A stretch of 64,000 nt of DNA from positions 5,376,001 through 5,440,000 of the forward strand of contig OZ244587.1 of the NCBI GenBank assembly GCA_965218095.1, given 5' to 3'. This DNA is from Candidatus Poribacteria bacterium. GTDB lineage: Bacteria; Poribacteria; WGA-4E; PCPOR2b. The translations under genes were made by a program, and so were the position numbers. Each line of letters starts with the position of its first letter. Position 1 is the stretch's first letter. Shown one piece after another: positions 21,935-32,580 of this stretch. The notes under the pieces are model-generated. The model saw nothing but the letters and a program-made list of their open reading frames with translations. It ran no database searches and was not told the DNA's origin.

Positions 21935-21946
21935 CAAAATCCGTCA

Positions 21947-21976
21947 AGTGTAACATATTTTTTCCCTTGATGTCAA
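21947..21976 (-). promoter_or_regulatory. Sigma-70-like promoter for the LamG gene
   Basis: - strand TTGACA, 18 nt, TG-T-TACACT. Confidence 0.55.
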
Positions 21977-22001
21977 CCCCGATTTGTGAATTTTGGAAGT
22001 G

Positions 22002-23942
22002 CTATTCAGGCTCATCCGCGTCGGATTCGGATTTAGGGGATGAATCACCCTTGGCAGGAGGTTCGCCTTTAGCCTCCTCCCTTTCCTTCGGCGTTTCGGG
22101 AATTCGATCCACAAAGGTTTTGACCTTCGCTCGTGCGCGGAGTTGGGCGAGCCAACCGTTTCTGAGAGCGTCACGCCTCTCATCTTCAGCGACGATTTCC
22201 ACACGTCGGCGGACATCTGCATCCTCAAACGTCTGTTGGTGCTCCGGTTTATGGTCCTCCTTGCGAAAGATCATGTAATACTCCTGATTGTCGATTTCGA
22301 CGGTAAAGACCTCCTCGTTCATCTGTCCGACGTCTAGCGCAAACGCCGCATCACCCAAAGGTTGTGCCGCTTGTGAAAGGGAATGGCGAGCAAAGTAGCC
22401 GGTATCGCCGGGGTTTTCGGGATTTGACCCAGGCTCTTTCAATTCTCCTTCGTCCGACAGTGTTTTGGCAATCTCAGTGATGTCTTCCCCATCCTTAATC
22501 CGCTGAAAGACCTCCTTCGCTCGGTCCTCGTTTATGAGAGAAATGCATGTGAGACGCACCTTCTCCGGTTCAAGATAATCATTCTTATGCGCTTCATAGT
22601 AAAGCCTGTAGTCTGCCTCGGCCAACTTGAGTTTCTGATCGATTTCAAGCTCTGTAATCTTATCGACCATTAATTCGTGGAGATAATCTTGTGCCGCCTT
22701 CACAACTTCAGATTCTTCATTAAGCTTCCGATCTTTGGCGAGGCAAAGTATCAAACGACTCTCTGCCATGAGGTTCATATATTCCTCAAGTCCCGCTTTA
22801 TCTTTATACTGTTTTTGTTCGTACTTAGAGAGTTCGCTAATTTCCTGTTGCATTTCCTCAAGTGTGATTTGATGTTTTCCGTCCCATTCAAATTCAACGA
22901 TTACAGTTCCATCAGCTTCACCGGATTCAGCTCCCATTTTTCCCGCCTCAGATTTCTCTACCGCTGCGTCTTTCTCGGGTGACGGTTCGGGGATGCGATC
23001 CGGATAGATTTTGAGCTTGCCAGCCTTGCTGACCTCTTCCATCCATTCGGTAAAGCGCTGGCGTTTCTTTTTACTCTCTACTTTCCACTCGATGTCATTC
23101 TTGACCTCATCAAAGGACTGTTGGTATTGAGGTATGTGCTCCTCTTTGCGAAAGATCATATAATAAGTCTGAGCCCTAACTTCGATTTCAAAAACCTCTT
23201 CGGTCATTTCGCCAATTTCCTGTTCAAAGACCGTGTCGACAAACTTCTGCCAACTGGTATAAACGGATCGGGTAAAGGGGGAGGTTGTACCTGGATCATC
23301 TCTGCGGGAACCGGGCCCCGTCAGTTCTCCATTTTCCGACAGTTCCTTCGCCATCTCAATGATGTCTTTCCCGTCTTGAATCTGCGCTAAGGCTTCTTGT
23401 GCGCGATCTCTATCTGTGAGGCAGATGACAGTCGCCCGCACTTTTTCTTCTTCCACATACTCTTCTTTGTGTGTCTCGTAATACTGTCTGAGATCCGCCT
23501 CTGTATAGGAGAATTTCTCATCGACTTCCATTTTTGTCAAGCGTTTGATCATCAGTTGGTACTCAATTTCTTCTACTGTCTTGAGCAATGCCTCGTTTTT
23601 ATCAAATTCCTTCTCGAAGGCAGCAAGGAGTTTCAGTTTTTCATCGATGAGTTCCTCAAGATATTCCGCTTGACCTTCTTTGGAGGCGTAGTTTTCTTGG
23701 CGATACCTCGACAGTTTTCCAATCGCTGCCTTGAGTGCTGCAAGCGAAATCTGGTGTGTGCTGTCCCACTCATATTGAGCCACAATAATCTGGCTCTCGT
23801 CCACAGGTCCGGTGGTGTCCCGCGAACCTCGATGCTTCATCGGGATCCAATCGGACTCCACTCCAACTTGCGACTGGACAATCTGCCAAGCGGTTAAACC
23901 AATTGCCGCGATGACAATTAAAATCATCAACGTTTTTTGCAT
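22002..23942 (-). CDS. Peptidyl-prolyl isomerase/foldase with two parvulin (PpiC-like) modules
   Basis: Two internal repeats YYE.HK..Y.E.EKVR...YMIFRKE.H.P..Q.F; N-terminal signal/anchor. Confidence 0.85.
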   Translation of the reverse strand: MQKTLMILIVIAAIGLTAWQIVQSQVGVESDWIPMKHRGSRDTTGPVDESQIIVAQYEWDSTHQISLAALKAAIGKLSRYRQENYASKEGQAEYLEELIDEKLKLLAAFEKEFDKNEALLKTVEEIEYQLMIKRLTKMEVDEKFSYTEADLRQYYETHKEEYVEEEKVRATVICLTDRDRAQEALAQIQDGKDIIEMAKELSENGELTGPGSRRDDPGTTSPFTRSVYTSWQKFVDTVFEQEIGEMTEEVFEIEVRAQTYYMIFRKEEHIPQYQQSFDEVKNDIEWKVESKKKRQRFTEWMEEVSKAGKLKIYPDRIPEPSPEKDAAVEKSEAGKMGAESGEADGTVIVEFEWDGKHQITLEEMQQEISELSKYEQKQYKDKAGLEEYMNLMAESRLILCLAKDRKLNEESEVVKAAQDYLHELMVDKITELEIDQKLKLAEADYRLYYEAHKNDYLEPEKVRLTCISLINEDRAKEVFQRIKDGEDITEIAKTLSDEGELKEPGSNPENPGDTGYFARHSLSQAAQPLGDAAFALDVGQMNEEVFTVEIDNQEYYMIFRKEDHKPEHQQTFEDADVRRRVEIVAEDERRDALRNGWLAQLRARAKVKTFVDRIPETPKEREEAKGEPPAKGDSSPKSESDADEPE

Positions 23943-24088
23943 TATGTATTTCTCCTTTCTGTCTTAGACCTGACTTTTCGCCTCATGCTGCGATCTCACC
24001 ATCTGACAGAAACTCTGACATAATTGCCTGTGAAAGGACTTCGTTATCTCCCTCAATCATTCGTTGTTGAATCGAAAGATGACCAGTT

Positions 24089-24500
24089 TCACACCGCAAT
24101 GTGGGACAAACTCACGGGCAGACGAGCAATTACCTGATGTGTATTCTGGTCTACCTTTCCCCAAAACGCTAAGGCTGTCGTATTGGGACGGTAAACCATA
24201 ACTTCCCAGTTGCCTTTGAATCTATCGAATATCGAATGAACAACGTATTTCCCTACACCCCTGTGTCGAAACCTACGGAGGATAAAAAACTTAGCAACAT
24301 TGTAGTCTACTTGAGCATTTGTACTCATCCCATCGACGATTGCAAATCCCGCTAGTTCGTTGTCTACTCTCACAACGAAGTTTGAATTCTCCTTATCCGT
24401 AACATAGCCTTCAAATAGCCCGTTCTCTGGGTATTCGTAACCTGTCACGTCTGAACCTGCGTACTCCGAGATGTCATAGGTGAAGGAGTACGCAAAACGG
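24089..24500 (-). pseudogene. GNAT acetyltransferase, apparently truncated at both ends
   Basis: FTYDISEY upstream of track start; ELAGFAIV, FFILRRFRHRGVGK, ALAFW. Confidence 0.7.
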
Positions 24501-24565
24501 TCCTATGAGAGTAGGTGGGATACGCAAACAGCGTTTACGCACACCAACATACATGAATCAAAATG

Positions 24566-26560
24566 CTACTCGGATTTCTGATCCGATGTCCTTTGTGCTG
24601 CAACCTGCTTCTTCAACTGATTGACACGACGATGCACCGCGCGATTACGCGAGTTAGCTCTGAGAGATGCTTTCCATAACGCCATTGCCTCATCCACATT
24701 CCCCTGTGAGACGTAGTATTCACCCAGCGCGATGGGCGCCGCAGCAGAACTCGGATCTTTTTCTATCGACGCCTTGAAGTCAGCGATTGCGGTATCCGTA
24801 TCTCCTCTGAGCAAAGCAAGTTGCCCATGTCCGTAGGGTATCAGCGGATGATCGGGATATTCGGCGGCGAGCGCGTCTATAATCTCTCGCGCCTTATCTT
24901 CCATCCCGCCTTTGTAGCCAGCCATCGCCGCATGTACCCTCGCGTAGACAATCTGGTTATCGAGCATCCGTCTTTCAGCTTCGGCGACATTTTTTTTCTG
25001 TCGTTGGGCAATGCGCGCAGCTACCTCGTATTTTGACTTTGCCCAGCCGTAGTTGCGATATTTATAACAGATATCTCCCAGCTCTTTTTCACCCGCATAG
25101 ACATCGCCTTTCCCATCGACAATATCCTGGAGAATTCCGGCTCTCTCGCTTTCTTTCAGTTGGTAGTGGAGCACTTCGGCGAGGCTCTGGAGGGCGTCAA
25201 TGTAGTCCGTTTTCACAGCAACAGTGCGTTCAAAGGACTCAACTGCTTTGTGCGGCTGGCCCATTTTTTTGTAGGCTAATCCTATTTTCCAATAGATTTC
25301 CGGGTCTTTGGTTCGGTTGAATCCCACGACAGAGTTATAGGTCTCAATTGCTTTTTCGTAATCTCCATCGACGTATTGATTCGTGGCGCTGGTGATGATA
25401 GCGTCAAGCACCCGTCCATCTTTTTTTATAGCATTTGTTACCATTTCGCTCGCACGCTGGTGCATTCCGAGCTTACGATAGCAAACCGCTAGACGCAGAT
25501 AACTCAGTGGCTCTATTGGTGCATTATCCCGTTTGGCGAGTTCAATTGCACGAAAGTACACCGCCCCGGCATCGCGATAGTTTTGAAAATCGAAAACCAT
25601 GTGAGCAATGTTAAGCATCATGTTGTAGTGGTAGATTTTGCCCTCACCAGGTCGGCTGCGTCTCCCAATCATCTCTTTAAAGGGTCTCATCACCCCTTTC
25701 GGGTCTACGCCGAAACCGGAGTCTGCGAATTCGATTGGGCTTCCCATTGCGCGGCTGCGCTCAACCCCACCTCGCGGCCGGTCACGTTCAAGACGCTTTG
25801 CCCGTCTTTCCATTTCGCGATTGTATGGCGTTACCGACGGATCATCCGGTTTGGGGATACTCGCTCCCATCAATCGGAGTTCTCCTTTTGCTTCTCCAAT
25901 CGATTCTTCCGTGCCTTCGATTTTGCCGTACCGCTTGACGACGGATTGGTAGGTTTGCATTGCAGCCGTTTTGTCCTTGAGGTGCACCCGCTGAATTCTG
26001 GCTTTATTGGTCAGTGCTTGTGTCGCGCGTTTGCCTTCTGGATGACGGTTTGCAACGTTGTCGTAGATTTCTGTTGCTTTCTGATAGTCCTTAGCTTCCT
26101 CATAGCTCTTTGCCAACATCAGTTGGGCATTATAGCTCAATTCAAGATGCGGAAATTTGTTCACGATGGCGTCAAAGGATTGCTGCGCCGATGGATAATC
26201 TTTTGTTTTGAAGGCGTAGACGCCCAGGTGCCAGTAGGCTTTTGCGGCTTCCTCGCTGTCGGGCGCTACAGCGATAAGGTCTCGACAAATCTGGAGTCCC
26301 TGTTGGGGGCTATTTATCTTTTCGATATATAACCTGGCGATGCCCAATTGTGCTTTACGGGCTGCCGGCGCTGTGGGTTTGGAATTGATGACCGCTTGAT
26401 ACACATCAACCGCACCTTGATAGTTCTTCTCTTGAATCAGTCTTTCCGCCTGTTTTTGTGTATTGGTTGAAAGACAAGCGTATTGGGTCATTGCTATCAT
26501 AGCAACTAAAAAGAAAATATCAGATCTGATAGCTTTCACAATGTGTCTTCTCCAAACCAT
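24566..26560 (-). CDS. Tetratricopeptide repeat (lipo)protein
   Basis: Multiple TPRs (AQLMLAKSY, YWKIGLAY, IALGEYY); signal with YAC. Confidence 0.9.
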   Translation of the reverse strand: MVWRRHIVKAIRSDIFFLVAMIAMTQYACLSTNTQKQAERLIQEKNYQGAVDVYQAVINSKPTAPAARKAQLGIARLYIEKINSPQQGLQICRDLIAVAPDSEEAAKAYWHLGVYAFKTKDYPSAQQSFDAIVNKFPHLELSYNAQLMLAKSYEEAKDYQKATEIYDNVANRHPEGKRATQALTNKARIQRVHLKDKTAAMQTYQSVVKRYGKIEGTEESIGEAKGELRLMGASIPKPDDPSVTPYNREMERRAKRLERDRPRGGVERSRAMGSPIEFADSGFGVDPKGVMRPFKEMIGRRSRPGEGKIYHYNMMLNIAHMVFDFQNYRDAGAVYFRAIELAKRDNAPIEPLSYLRLAVCYRKLGMHQRASEMVTNAIKKDGRVLDAIITSATNQYVDGDYEKAIETYNSVVGFNRTKDPEIYWKIGLAYKKMGQPHKAVESFERTVAVKTDYIDALQSLAEVLHYQLKESERAGILQDIVDGKGDVYAGEKELGDICYKYRNYGWAKSKYEVAARIAQRQKKNVAEAERRMLDNQIVYARVHAAMAGYKGGMEDKAREIIDALAAEYPDHPLIPYGHGQLALLRGDTDTAIADFKASIEKDPSSAAAPIALGEYYVSQGNVDEAMALWKASLRANSRNRAVHRRVNQLKKQVAAQRTSDQKSE

Positions 26561-26958
26561 GCAAAATGAAACTGAACCGTTACTAGCCTGAGCTCAAGGA
26601 TGATGAGCAGTTCGCCGAGACTGTGTAAGAAGTGGGCGTATCGGTTAAAAGGGTCAGGGTCTTTGTGTAGTATTGCCTGACAGGTGTTCAATAACGAACA
26701 CGCACAACGCGAGACCGGTTATACCTGTCAGGATTTTTTCCCGACTGAGGACCAGAGGACGGGCGAAAATTGGGACATATTTTAGACTCCTCAAAAGCGT
26801 AAAATATGATGCGTAAAACGTAAAATAACACATTTGGCGACAAAAAAGCAAGATTTTTTCCCATTCACTTCCGCCTTGACCACGCTATCAGTCGTGTGAT
26901 AGCATTATGTCGGTTACGCATCAATTTCACACACAAAACCCCCAACTCGGAGTTCATC

Positions 26959-27912
26959 TTGAAAATTCTCGTTACCGGCGCTGCTGGCTTCATCGGTTCT
27001 CACCTTTGCGAAGCGTTGCTGTCTCGCGGCGATGCGGTCATCGCTCTGGACAATTTTAACGATTTTTACAACCCTGCCCGTAAGCAGGCAAACATCGCAT
27101 CGCTACAGAATTGGTCGTGCTGTATTATGGCTGAGGGAGACATCCGCGATGGAGAGGCTATCAACCACCTCTTCGCCGAACACAAACCGGAAGCGGTCGC
27201 ACACCTAGCTGCCTACGGCGCCGTGCGCTACTCCGTTGGGCGTGTCAGACTCTACACCGATGTCAACATCGTTGGTTCAATTAACCTGCTGGAAGCTGCC
27301 CGACACAATGGCGCCGGAAACTTTGTCTTTGCCTCCACTTCCTCCGTGTACGGGAACACGGAGCAATTGCCTTTCGTCGAAACCCATCCCTGCAATCACC
27401 CCCTGGCGCCCTATCCTGCTAGCAAAAAAGCGATCGAGGTCATGGGCTACACTTATCACAATCTGCACGACCTTAATTTCACAGCCTTACGTTTCTTCAA
27501 CGTTTATGGACCTCGCGGACGCCCCGATATGATGCCGTTCATAGTTACAGACCATATCGTTAATCAGCGGGAAATTGTCCTGTTCGAGGCCGGTCAAATG
27601 AAGCGTGATTGGACTTACATAGATGACATCGTTTCTGGCGTGATGGCCGCACTCGATAGGCCGTTGGGCTACGAGATCATCAACCTGGGACGGGGAGAGC
27701 CGGTCCTCATGACAGATTTTGTGGAGATTATCGAGGGGTTGGTTGGTCGTAAAGCAATTCTTTCGACGCCGCCTGCCCTGCCGAGCGAGCCGAAAATCAC
27801 TTTCGCCAATATCGACAAGGCTCGCCGCCTGTTGGGCTATAATCCGCAAACCTCCCTTACAGAGGGATTGCGGAAGTTTTGGGAATGGTATCAGGAAGTG
27901 ATTATGGATTAA
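26959..27912 (+). CDS. NAD-dependent nucleotide-sugar epimerase (UDP-glucuronate 4-epimerase-like)
   Basis: GAAGFIG, STSSVYG, YPASK, FFNVYGPRGRPDM; TTG start after GGAG. Confidence 0.92.
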   Translation: MKILVTGAAGFIGSHLCEALLSRGDAVIALDNFNDFYNPARKQANIASLQNWSCCIMAEGDIRDGEAINHLFAEHKPEAVAHLAAYGAVRYSVGRVRLYTDVNIVGSINLLEAARHNGAGNFVFASTSSVYGNTEQLPFVETHPCNHPLAPYPASKKAIEVMGYTYHNLHDLNFTALRFFNVYGPRGRPDMMPFIVTDHIVNQREIVLFEAGQMKRDWTYIDDIVSGVMAALDRPLGYEIINLGRGEPVLMTDFVEIIEGLVGRKAILSTPPALPSEPKITFANIDKARRLLGYNPQTSLTEGLRKFWEWYQEVIMD

Positions 27913-28145
27913 ACTGGTTAGGCTTGATTCTTCCCATTATGTTCAAGATTTCTGTTAACGGAAGGAAAGGAAAAGAGTTAACTTACGCTTTATACTCTCG
28001 TTCCCTGCTCCGCATGGGAACGCCGTCAGGATGCTTCGCGTCTTTCTCATTCCCGCGTGCTGTGTGAGATGTCGCTAGGACGTTCTATATCAGCACGCGA
28101 TACATATTTCCAACACACCCATATTCTCGTTTCCATAGGAGTCCA

Positions 28146-28955
28146 TCAACTCAGTAAATTAGTGTACAGTTCCTGCTCCACACCTCGCATATCCATCTCG
28201 TATTCGATCCCCATGACCGGTGGACATGCCTGATACCAATGAATGCCGTGGAGTTTTGCCAAGTCTAGCTTCGGCAGTACAATGTCTTCGACGAGACCGC
28301 CGAGTGAATGGACGGTGTAAATGTTGACCCGATTCACTGCATCCCAGGTTGCCCCCAATCCCAGAAGACGCTCCTCCATCACCTTGGCGACATAAGCTGC
28401 TTTCTCTCGCATAGCTTCTAGGTGGGTTTCTCCTCGGCGAAGGATGCCTTCGGGGTTCAGGATGCCCTCCAAAAGCTCACCGGCACCCGCGATGATGAAG
28501 GTTGGCTGAGTCGCTTGATCACAGGGACAAACATAGGAAAAGCTGTAGAGCATCAACTCCTCTGGCGGATCTGTCAAAGGCGCCACATTTGTGCGCGCCA
28601 GTGGGTTGAGATCGCCGACATAGAGCCCCCATTCCTGCAGGACCTGGCAATACTCGCGGTTAAAGGCGATAAATCCATCCATGGTGAAAGGGGCTGGACA
28701 CCGGAGTTGAATCGCACAAAGGGCTGTCCGATTCTGTCCCTGCGCTTTCAGGTAAGCCTCAATGCGCGTAAACCCATCACGCCACGGGATATACTTTTTC
28801 AGGGTGATGTGGACAATTTCGTAACCTTGATTGGCAATGACGCCGCAGGAATATGGATCTATCCCTTTGAGAAAATGGTAATGGCCTTTGGGATTATGGA
28901 TAAGCACAGTTTCCTCCTTTGGGTCTCTGTAATAACCCAAGTTGCCACCTTTCAC
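28146..28955 (-). CDS. CnbZ-like deaminase (RidA-related)
   Basis: GIDPYSCGV, LCAIQLRCPAPFT, NPLARTNVAP, PPVMGIEYEMDMR. Confidence 0.75.
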   Translation of the reverse strand: MKGGNLGYYRDPKEETVLIHNPKGHYHFLKGIDPYSCGVIANQGYEIVHITLKKYIPWRDGFTRIEAYLKAQGQNRTALCAIQLRCPAPFTMDGFIAFNREYCQVLQEWGLYVGDLNPLARTNVAPLTDPPEELMLYSFSYVCPCDQATQPTFIIAGAGELLEGILNPEGILRRGETHLEAMREKAAYVAKVMEERLLGLGATWDAVNRVNIYTVHSLGGLVEDIVLPKLDLAKLHGIHWYQACPPVMGIEYEMDMRGVEQELYTNLLS

Positions 28956-28991
28956 TCCAAACTCGACATTGAGTCATCATCAAACCTCAAC

Positions 28992-30020
28992 TTATGACTG
29001 ATGTGAGTATAAAACCTGATCAACCACCTCCTTGGCGTCGATTGCCATCATACACAAATTGGGCTTATCTTTGCGCATGCACTTTCGCTTGTAGCAAGGA
29101 CGGCACGTCACTGGCTTCTGGATGACGCAATGTCCTTCCCCATACGGGCGATGGCGCGTCGGGCTTGTCGGACCAAACAAGGCAATCGTCGGTGTCCCGA
29201 CAGCCGCTGCAATATGCATCGGGCCGCTGTCACAAGTCAAATAAAGATCGCAGCGTTCGATGAGCACGCCGAGTTGCATCAGCGTTGTCTTTCCGATGAG
29301 ATTGATTGCATTCACTCTGGCAATCTGTGCCAACGCTTCGCCGAGTGGAATTTCAGAAGCGGAACCTGTCAGCAGCATCGGAACGTTGAAACGGTTTTGC
29401 ACCTGCGTGATGACCGCCGCGAAATTCTCTAAACTCCAACGCTTTGTCTGCCACGTCGTACCCAGATTTACCCCCATGACCCGATCTCCGGGGAAGATGC
29501 CGTGAGCTGCAAGGATCTGACTAACAGTGTCGCGATCGGCGTCCGTATACCAAAACTCCAGTTCTGCGTTTGGCTCGTGAATATCGATCAACGCTAACAC
29601 GCGTAGGTAACGGTGGACTTCGTGGAGGTCTGTTCGATCGGGACAAGAGCTCGTCAGCAAGATGCCACGACCGCTTACATTCGAGCCAATTCGTTCAGGA
29701 ACACCCGCCAGAAAGGGAATTAATGCGTTACGGAAGGAGGTTGGGTGCAGGATGATTGCGAGATCGAAGTTTGATCGACGAACATGCCTCACTGACTTCC
29801 AGAGAGATTTCAAACGGCTGCAGGCCCCCGCCTTGCTGTCGATGATCACTTCATCAATATACGGATGAGTCGTCATCAGATTGGCGACAAGTGGGCGGAG
29901 CATCAGTGCCAGATGGGATTGCGGATAAGTGATTTTCAACGCCCTTAATGTGGGCGTGAGCAGTACCATATCCCCGATCCAGCCGCCGGTTTGGGTGACA
30001 AGAATTCGATCTCTCAACAA
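28992..30020 (-). CDS. waaF: LPS heptosyltransferase II-like (GT9)
   Basis: WIGDMVL, KRWS, DSGPMHIAAAVGTPTIALFGPT, CRPC. Confidence 0.85.
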   Translation of the reverse strand: MLRDRILVTQTGGWIGDMVLLTPTLRALKITYPQSHLALMLRPLVANLMTTHPYIDEVIIDSKAGACSRLKSLWKSVRHVRRSNFDLAIILHPTSFRNALIPFLAGVPERIGSNVSGRGILLTSSCPDRTDLHEVHRYLRVLALIDIHEPNAELEFWYTDADRDTVSQILAAHGIFPGDRVMGVNLGTTWQTKRWSLENFAAVITQVQNRFNVPMLLTGSASEIPLGEALAQIARVNAINLIGKTTLMQLGVLIERCDLYLTCDSGPMHIAAAVGTPTIALFGPTSPTRHRPYGEGHCVIQKPVTCRPCYKRKCMRKDKPNLCMMAIDAKEVVDQVLYSHQS

Positions 30021-30067
30021 ATACGACCTCAGTTTTCCAGCTTGGGTTTATTTAATGGGTAGTTTCC

Positions 30068-30271
30068 CTACGGACTATCTGCAATTTGTTTCTGCAAACG
30101 AGCGACTACTTCAGGAGAAAGATCGAGATCTGGTTCAACAACTTCTCGTTCTGCAAATGTCTGTTCAATTTCAGCGTCAGAAGCTCGCCCCAAGTTTCGA
30201 ACCAGTGCATTGTATCGTTCCCGTTGCTTTTCAGCCTCATTTTCCGGTATTCTTTCCACTGTATAAGCCAT
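30068..30271 (-). CDS. Small hypothetical protein (antitoxin-like size)
   Basis: 67-aa ORF with upstream GAAGGA. Confidence 0.5.
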   Translation of the reverse strand: MAYTVERIPENEAEKQRERYNALVRNLGRASDAEIEQTFAEREVVEPDLDLSPEVVARLQKQIADSP

Positions 30272-30423
30272 TGCTTGGTCAATCCTTCAAAGACGACGTT
30301 TGCGTCAATCGCTGCGTAGGGTAAGATACGATTATAGCATGGTATATGGTGTCTTTGTCAACGTGTTTGTGAGTTTTGAGGTTTGATTTCCAATGGCGTC
30401 GTTTTTGTGATATAATTGAACAT

Positions 30424-30771
30424 ATATTTATCACCTGATAGACAAGGCGAATGGGCTATTCCCTGTGACCTACAAGAGTTTCGCGGTTAGCCTATTAGAG
30501 GAAGTGGAGAAACTCAACGGTTCTGAGCTAGTGTTTCGTCAAGTTTAGTTTGATGGATCGGTTGTTTCGATTGAGTCAGGTTGACATGGGAGATTTCTCC
30601 TGCCGAACCGATTTGGCTCGCCCTCCCATCCATCAACTCAAGGTTGACAGACCACTAGCCCTGTTCCGTCAGTCGCTGGGAGCAAAGGTTGTGCGTGAAG
30701 ATCATCTGATGGAAGGTAGCCATAAATGTGCCTGCCGTATTGCCAAAATTCCCAAAAGTAACAAGCCATAA
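30424..30771 (+). pseudogene. Degraded paralogue of the SufR-like regulator, interrupted by a MITE
   Basis: IYHLIDKANGLFPVTYKSFAVSLLEEV and LALFRQSLGAKVVREDHLMEGSHKC align by eye to 34944-35594. Confidence 0.7.
30528..30658. mobile_element. IS630-like MITE
   Basis: CTAGTGTTTCGTCAAGTTTAGTTTGATGGAT vs reverse complement of right end CTAGTGGTCTGTCAACCTTGAGTTGATGGAT. Confidence 0.75.
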
Positions 30772-30835
30772 GGAAGATTAGTTGTGCTGATGTGCAAACG
30801 TCTTATTGAGCGAGAGAGCGAAAGGATTAAGTGAA

Positions 30836-31432
30836 ATGGCAGAATCCGACGCCCCAACGCCGCATGGTAGACGCGCATTCTTCCGGGAAGCATTTACAAG
30901 GCTAGTCCAACCGGTTGCGGAGTACTTAGATACACAGATCGGCGCTTACCTCCCTGACGAGAAATCCCTGTTACGACCACCGGGAGCACTCCCTGAAGCG
31001 ACGTTTTTGGATACCTGTTTGCGGTGTGGAAACTGTGTCGCTAGCTGCCCCGCCGAAGCCATTCAGCCTTTGCAGAACAGTAATCCGGATCTGGCTGGGA
31101 CGCCCTGGATCGATCCGGACGACCAACCATGTGTTGTCTGTGATTCACTTGAATGTATGCAGGTGTGTCCGAGCGGGGCGTTGCAAAAGCTCACAGTTGA
31201 TGCGATTCAGATCGGTTTAGCCGAAGTCAATTATGATGTTTGCCTTCGGACTCAAGGGATCGATTGTCGCTACTGTGTTGATGCCTGCCCAATTGGCGAA
31301 AAAGCAATCCGGCTTGATTCCCAAAAACGCGTCGAGGTCTTTTCCTCGGGTTGTATTGGTTGTGGTGTATGTCAGCATCAGTGTCCAACTGCGCCAAAAT
31401 CTATTATTATCCGACCACTTGTCGTAAACTGA
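30836..31432 (+). CDS. NapG/MauM-type polyferredoxin
   Basis: LRPPGA, CLRCGNCVASCP, CIGCGVCQHQCP. Confidence 0.9.
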   Translation: MAESDAPTPHGRRAFFREAFTRLVQPVAEYLDTQIGAYLPDEKSLLRPPGALPEATFLDTCLRCGNCVASCPAEAIQPLQNSNPDLAGTPWIDPDDQPCVVCDSLECMQVCPSGALQKLTVDAIQIGLAEVNYDVCLRTQGIDCRYCVDACPIGEKAIRLDSQKRVEVFSSGCIGCGVCQHQCPTAPKSIIIRPLVVN

Positions 31433-31434
31433 AC

Positions 31435-32580
31435 ATGAGGTTTCAATTCTTTCGGTTATGGTTCCTTAAGCTGGGTAGATTAAAATCGCAATCCACTGGC
31501 AGTGCACGTCTCCAGGCTCGCGTATCGATCAGATCACAAGTCGGGAGACCCCGATGGATCGGGATGCAAGCACATGCGCTACTACCAACTTTCCACCCTT
31601 TTTCCCTTCTTTCTGTGTGGCTCACCGCTATCTTTGTTTTATCACTTCTGTTCTTCGAGAGTGCATTCGCTCAAGAAGGCATTCACATCCTTTCGCACGA
31701 ATTTGACCCGGACGATATTACAGTCGGTGATGCGGTTCAGTTGCGGTTGCTGATCGAGGCTGATGAGAACCTGCATATTTACCTGGATGCAATTGATCTC
31801 AGCAATCATCAGCATCTGGAAGTCGATAAACCCCAGGTGAAACGGATAAAACCCGAGAGACCGATAATTGGCAAAGCGCTCTATGAAGTGACCTACCTCT
31901 CACGGGCGTTCGCTCCCGGCACACATACCCTCCCACCAATTACAATCAAATACACCGATACCAATGCAAACAATGCAAGCCTCCAGACCCCTGCTTACTC
32001 GTTTGAGGTAAGATCCGTCAAGCCCCCTGATGTCACAGAGATGAAAGACATCAAGCCTCCCTTTCCTGCCCCCCACAGTCTGCTCCCTTACATTTTAGCG
32101 ACGCTGCTGATCATCATGGTCGTCGGTGGACTAATCTTTTTCTATGTCCGCAAACGAGCTAAACCCATCCATCCACAGCCCGAAGTGCAGCCCCAACGTC
32201 CGTCTCACGAGATTGCTTATGAGCAACTCAACCGGATCGAAGCGTTAAACCTCATCGCACAGAGCAAAATGAAGGTATACCACACCGAAATCTCTCAAGC
32301 CATCCGTCAGTATATCGCTGTGCGATACAATATCCCTGCGCTTGAACTAACCACCGAAGATTTGCTAGTCTGTTTGGGTCACGAAGATATTCAGGATGAG
32401 CATCTGAGCCTCATCCAAGACTTTTTCGCCAATTGCGATGTGGTCAAGTTTGCCAGGTATCACCCGACTAAGCCAGAAGCACATGAGCGGATGGATGAGG
32501 CGCGTCGGATTGTCGATGCAACAAAGGAGTTGTGGGAGGATAAGTGTGCAGGGCAAGAAGACGAGGAGGGTGAAACTTGA
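31435..32580 (+). CDS. BatD-like membrane protein
   Basis: ITVGD, PGTHTLPP, DIKPP, TM, ALELTTED, DVVKFA; start uncertain. Confidence 0.75.
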   Translation: MRFQFFRLWFLKLGRLKSQSTGSARLQARVSIRSQVGRPRWIGMQAHALLPTFHPFSLLSVWLTAIFVLSLLFFESAFAQEGIHILSHEFDPDDITVGDAVQLRLLIEADENLHIYLDAIDLSNHQHLEVDKPQVKRIKPERPIIGKALYEVTYLSRAFAPGTHTLPPITIKYTDTNANNASLQTPAYSFEVRSVKPPDVTEMKDIKPPFPAPHSLLPYILATLLIIMVVGGLIFFYVRKRAKPIHPQPEVQPQRPSHEIAYEQLNRIEALNLIAQSKMKVYHTEISQAIRQYIAVRYNIPALELTTEDLLVCLGHEDIQDEHLSLIQDFFANCDVVKFARYHPTKPEAHERMDEARRIVDATKELWEDKCAGQEDEEGET

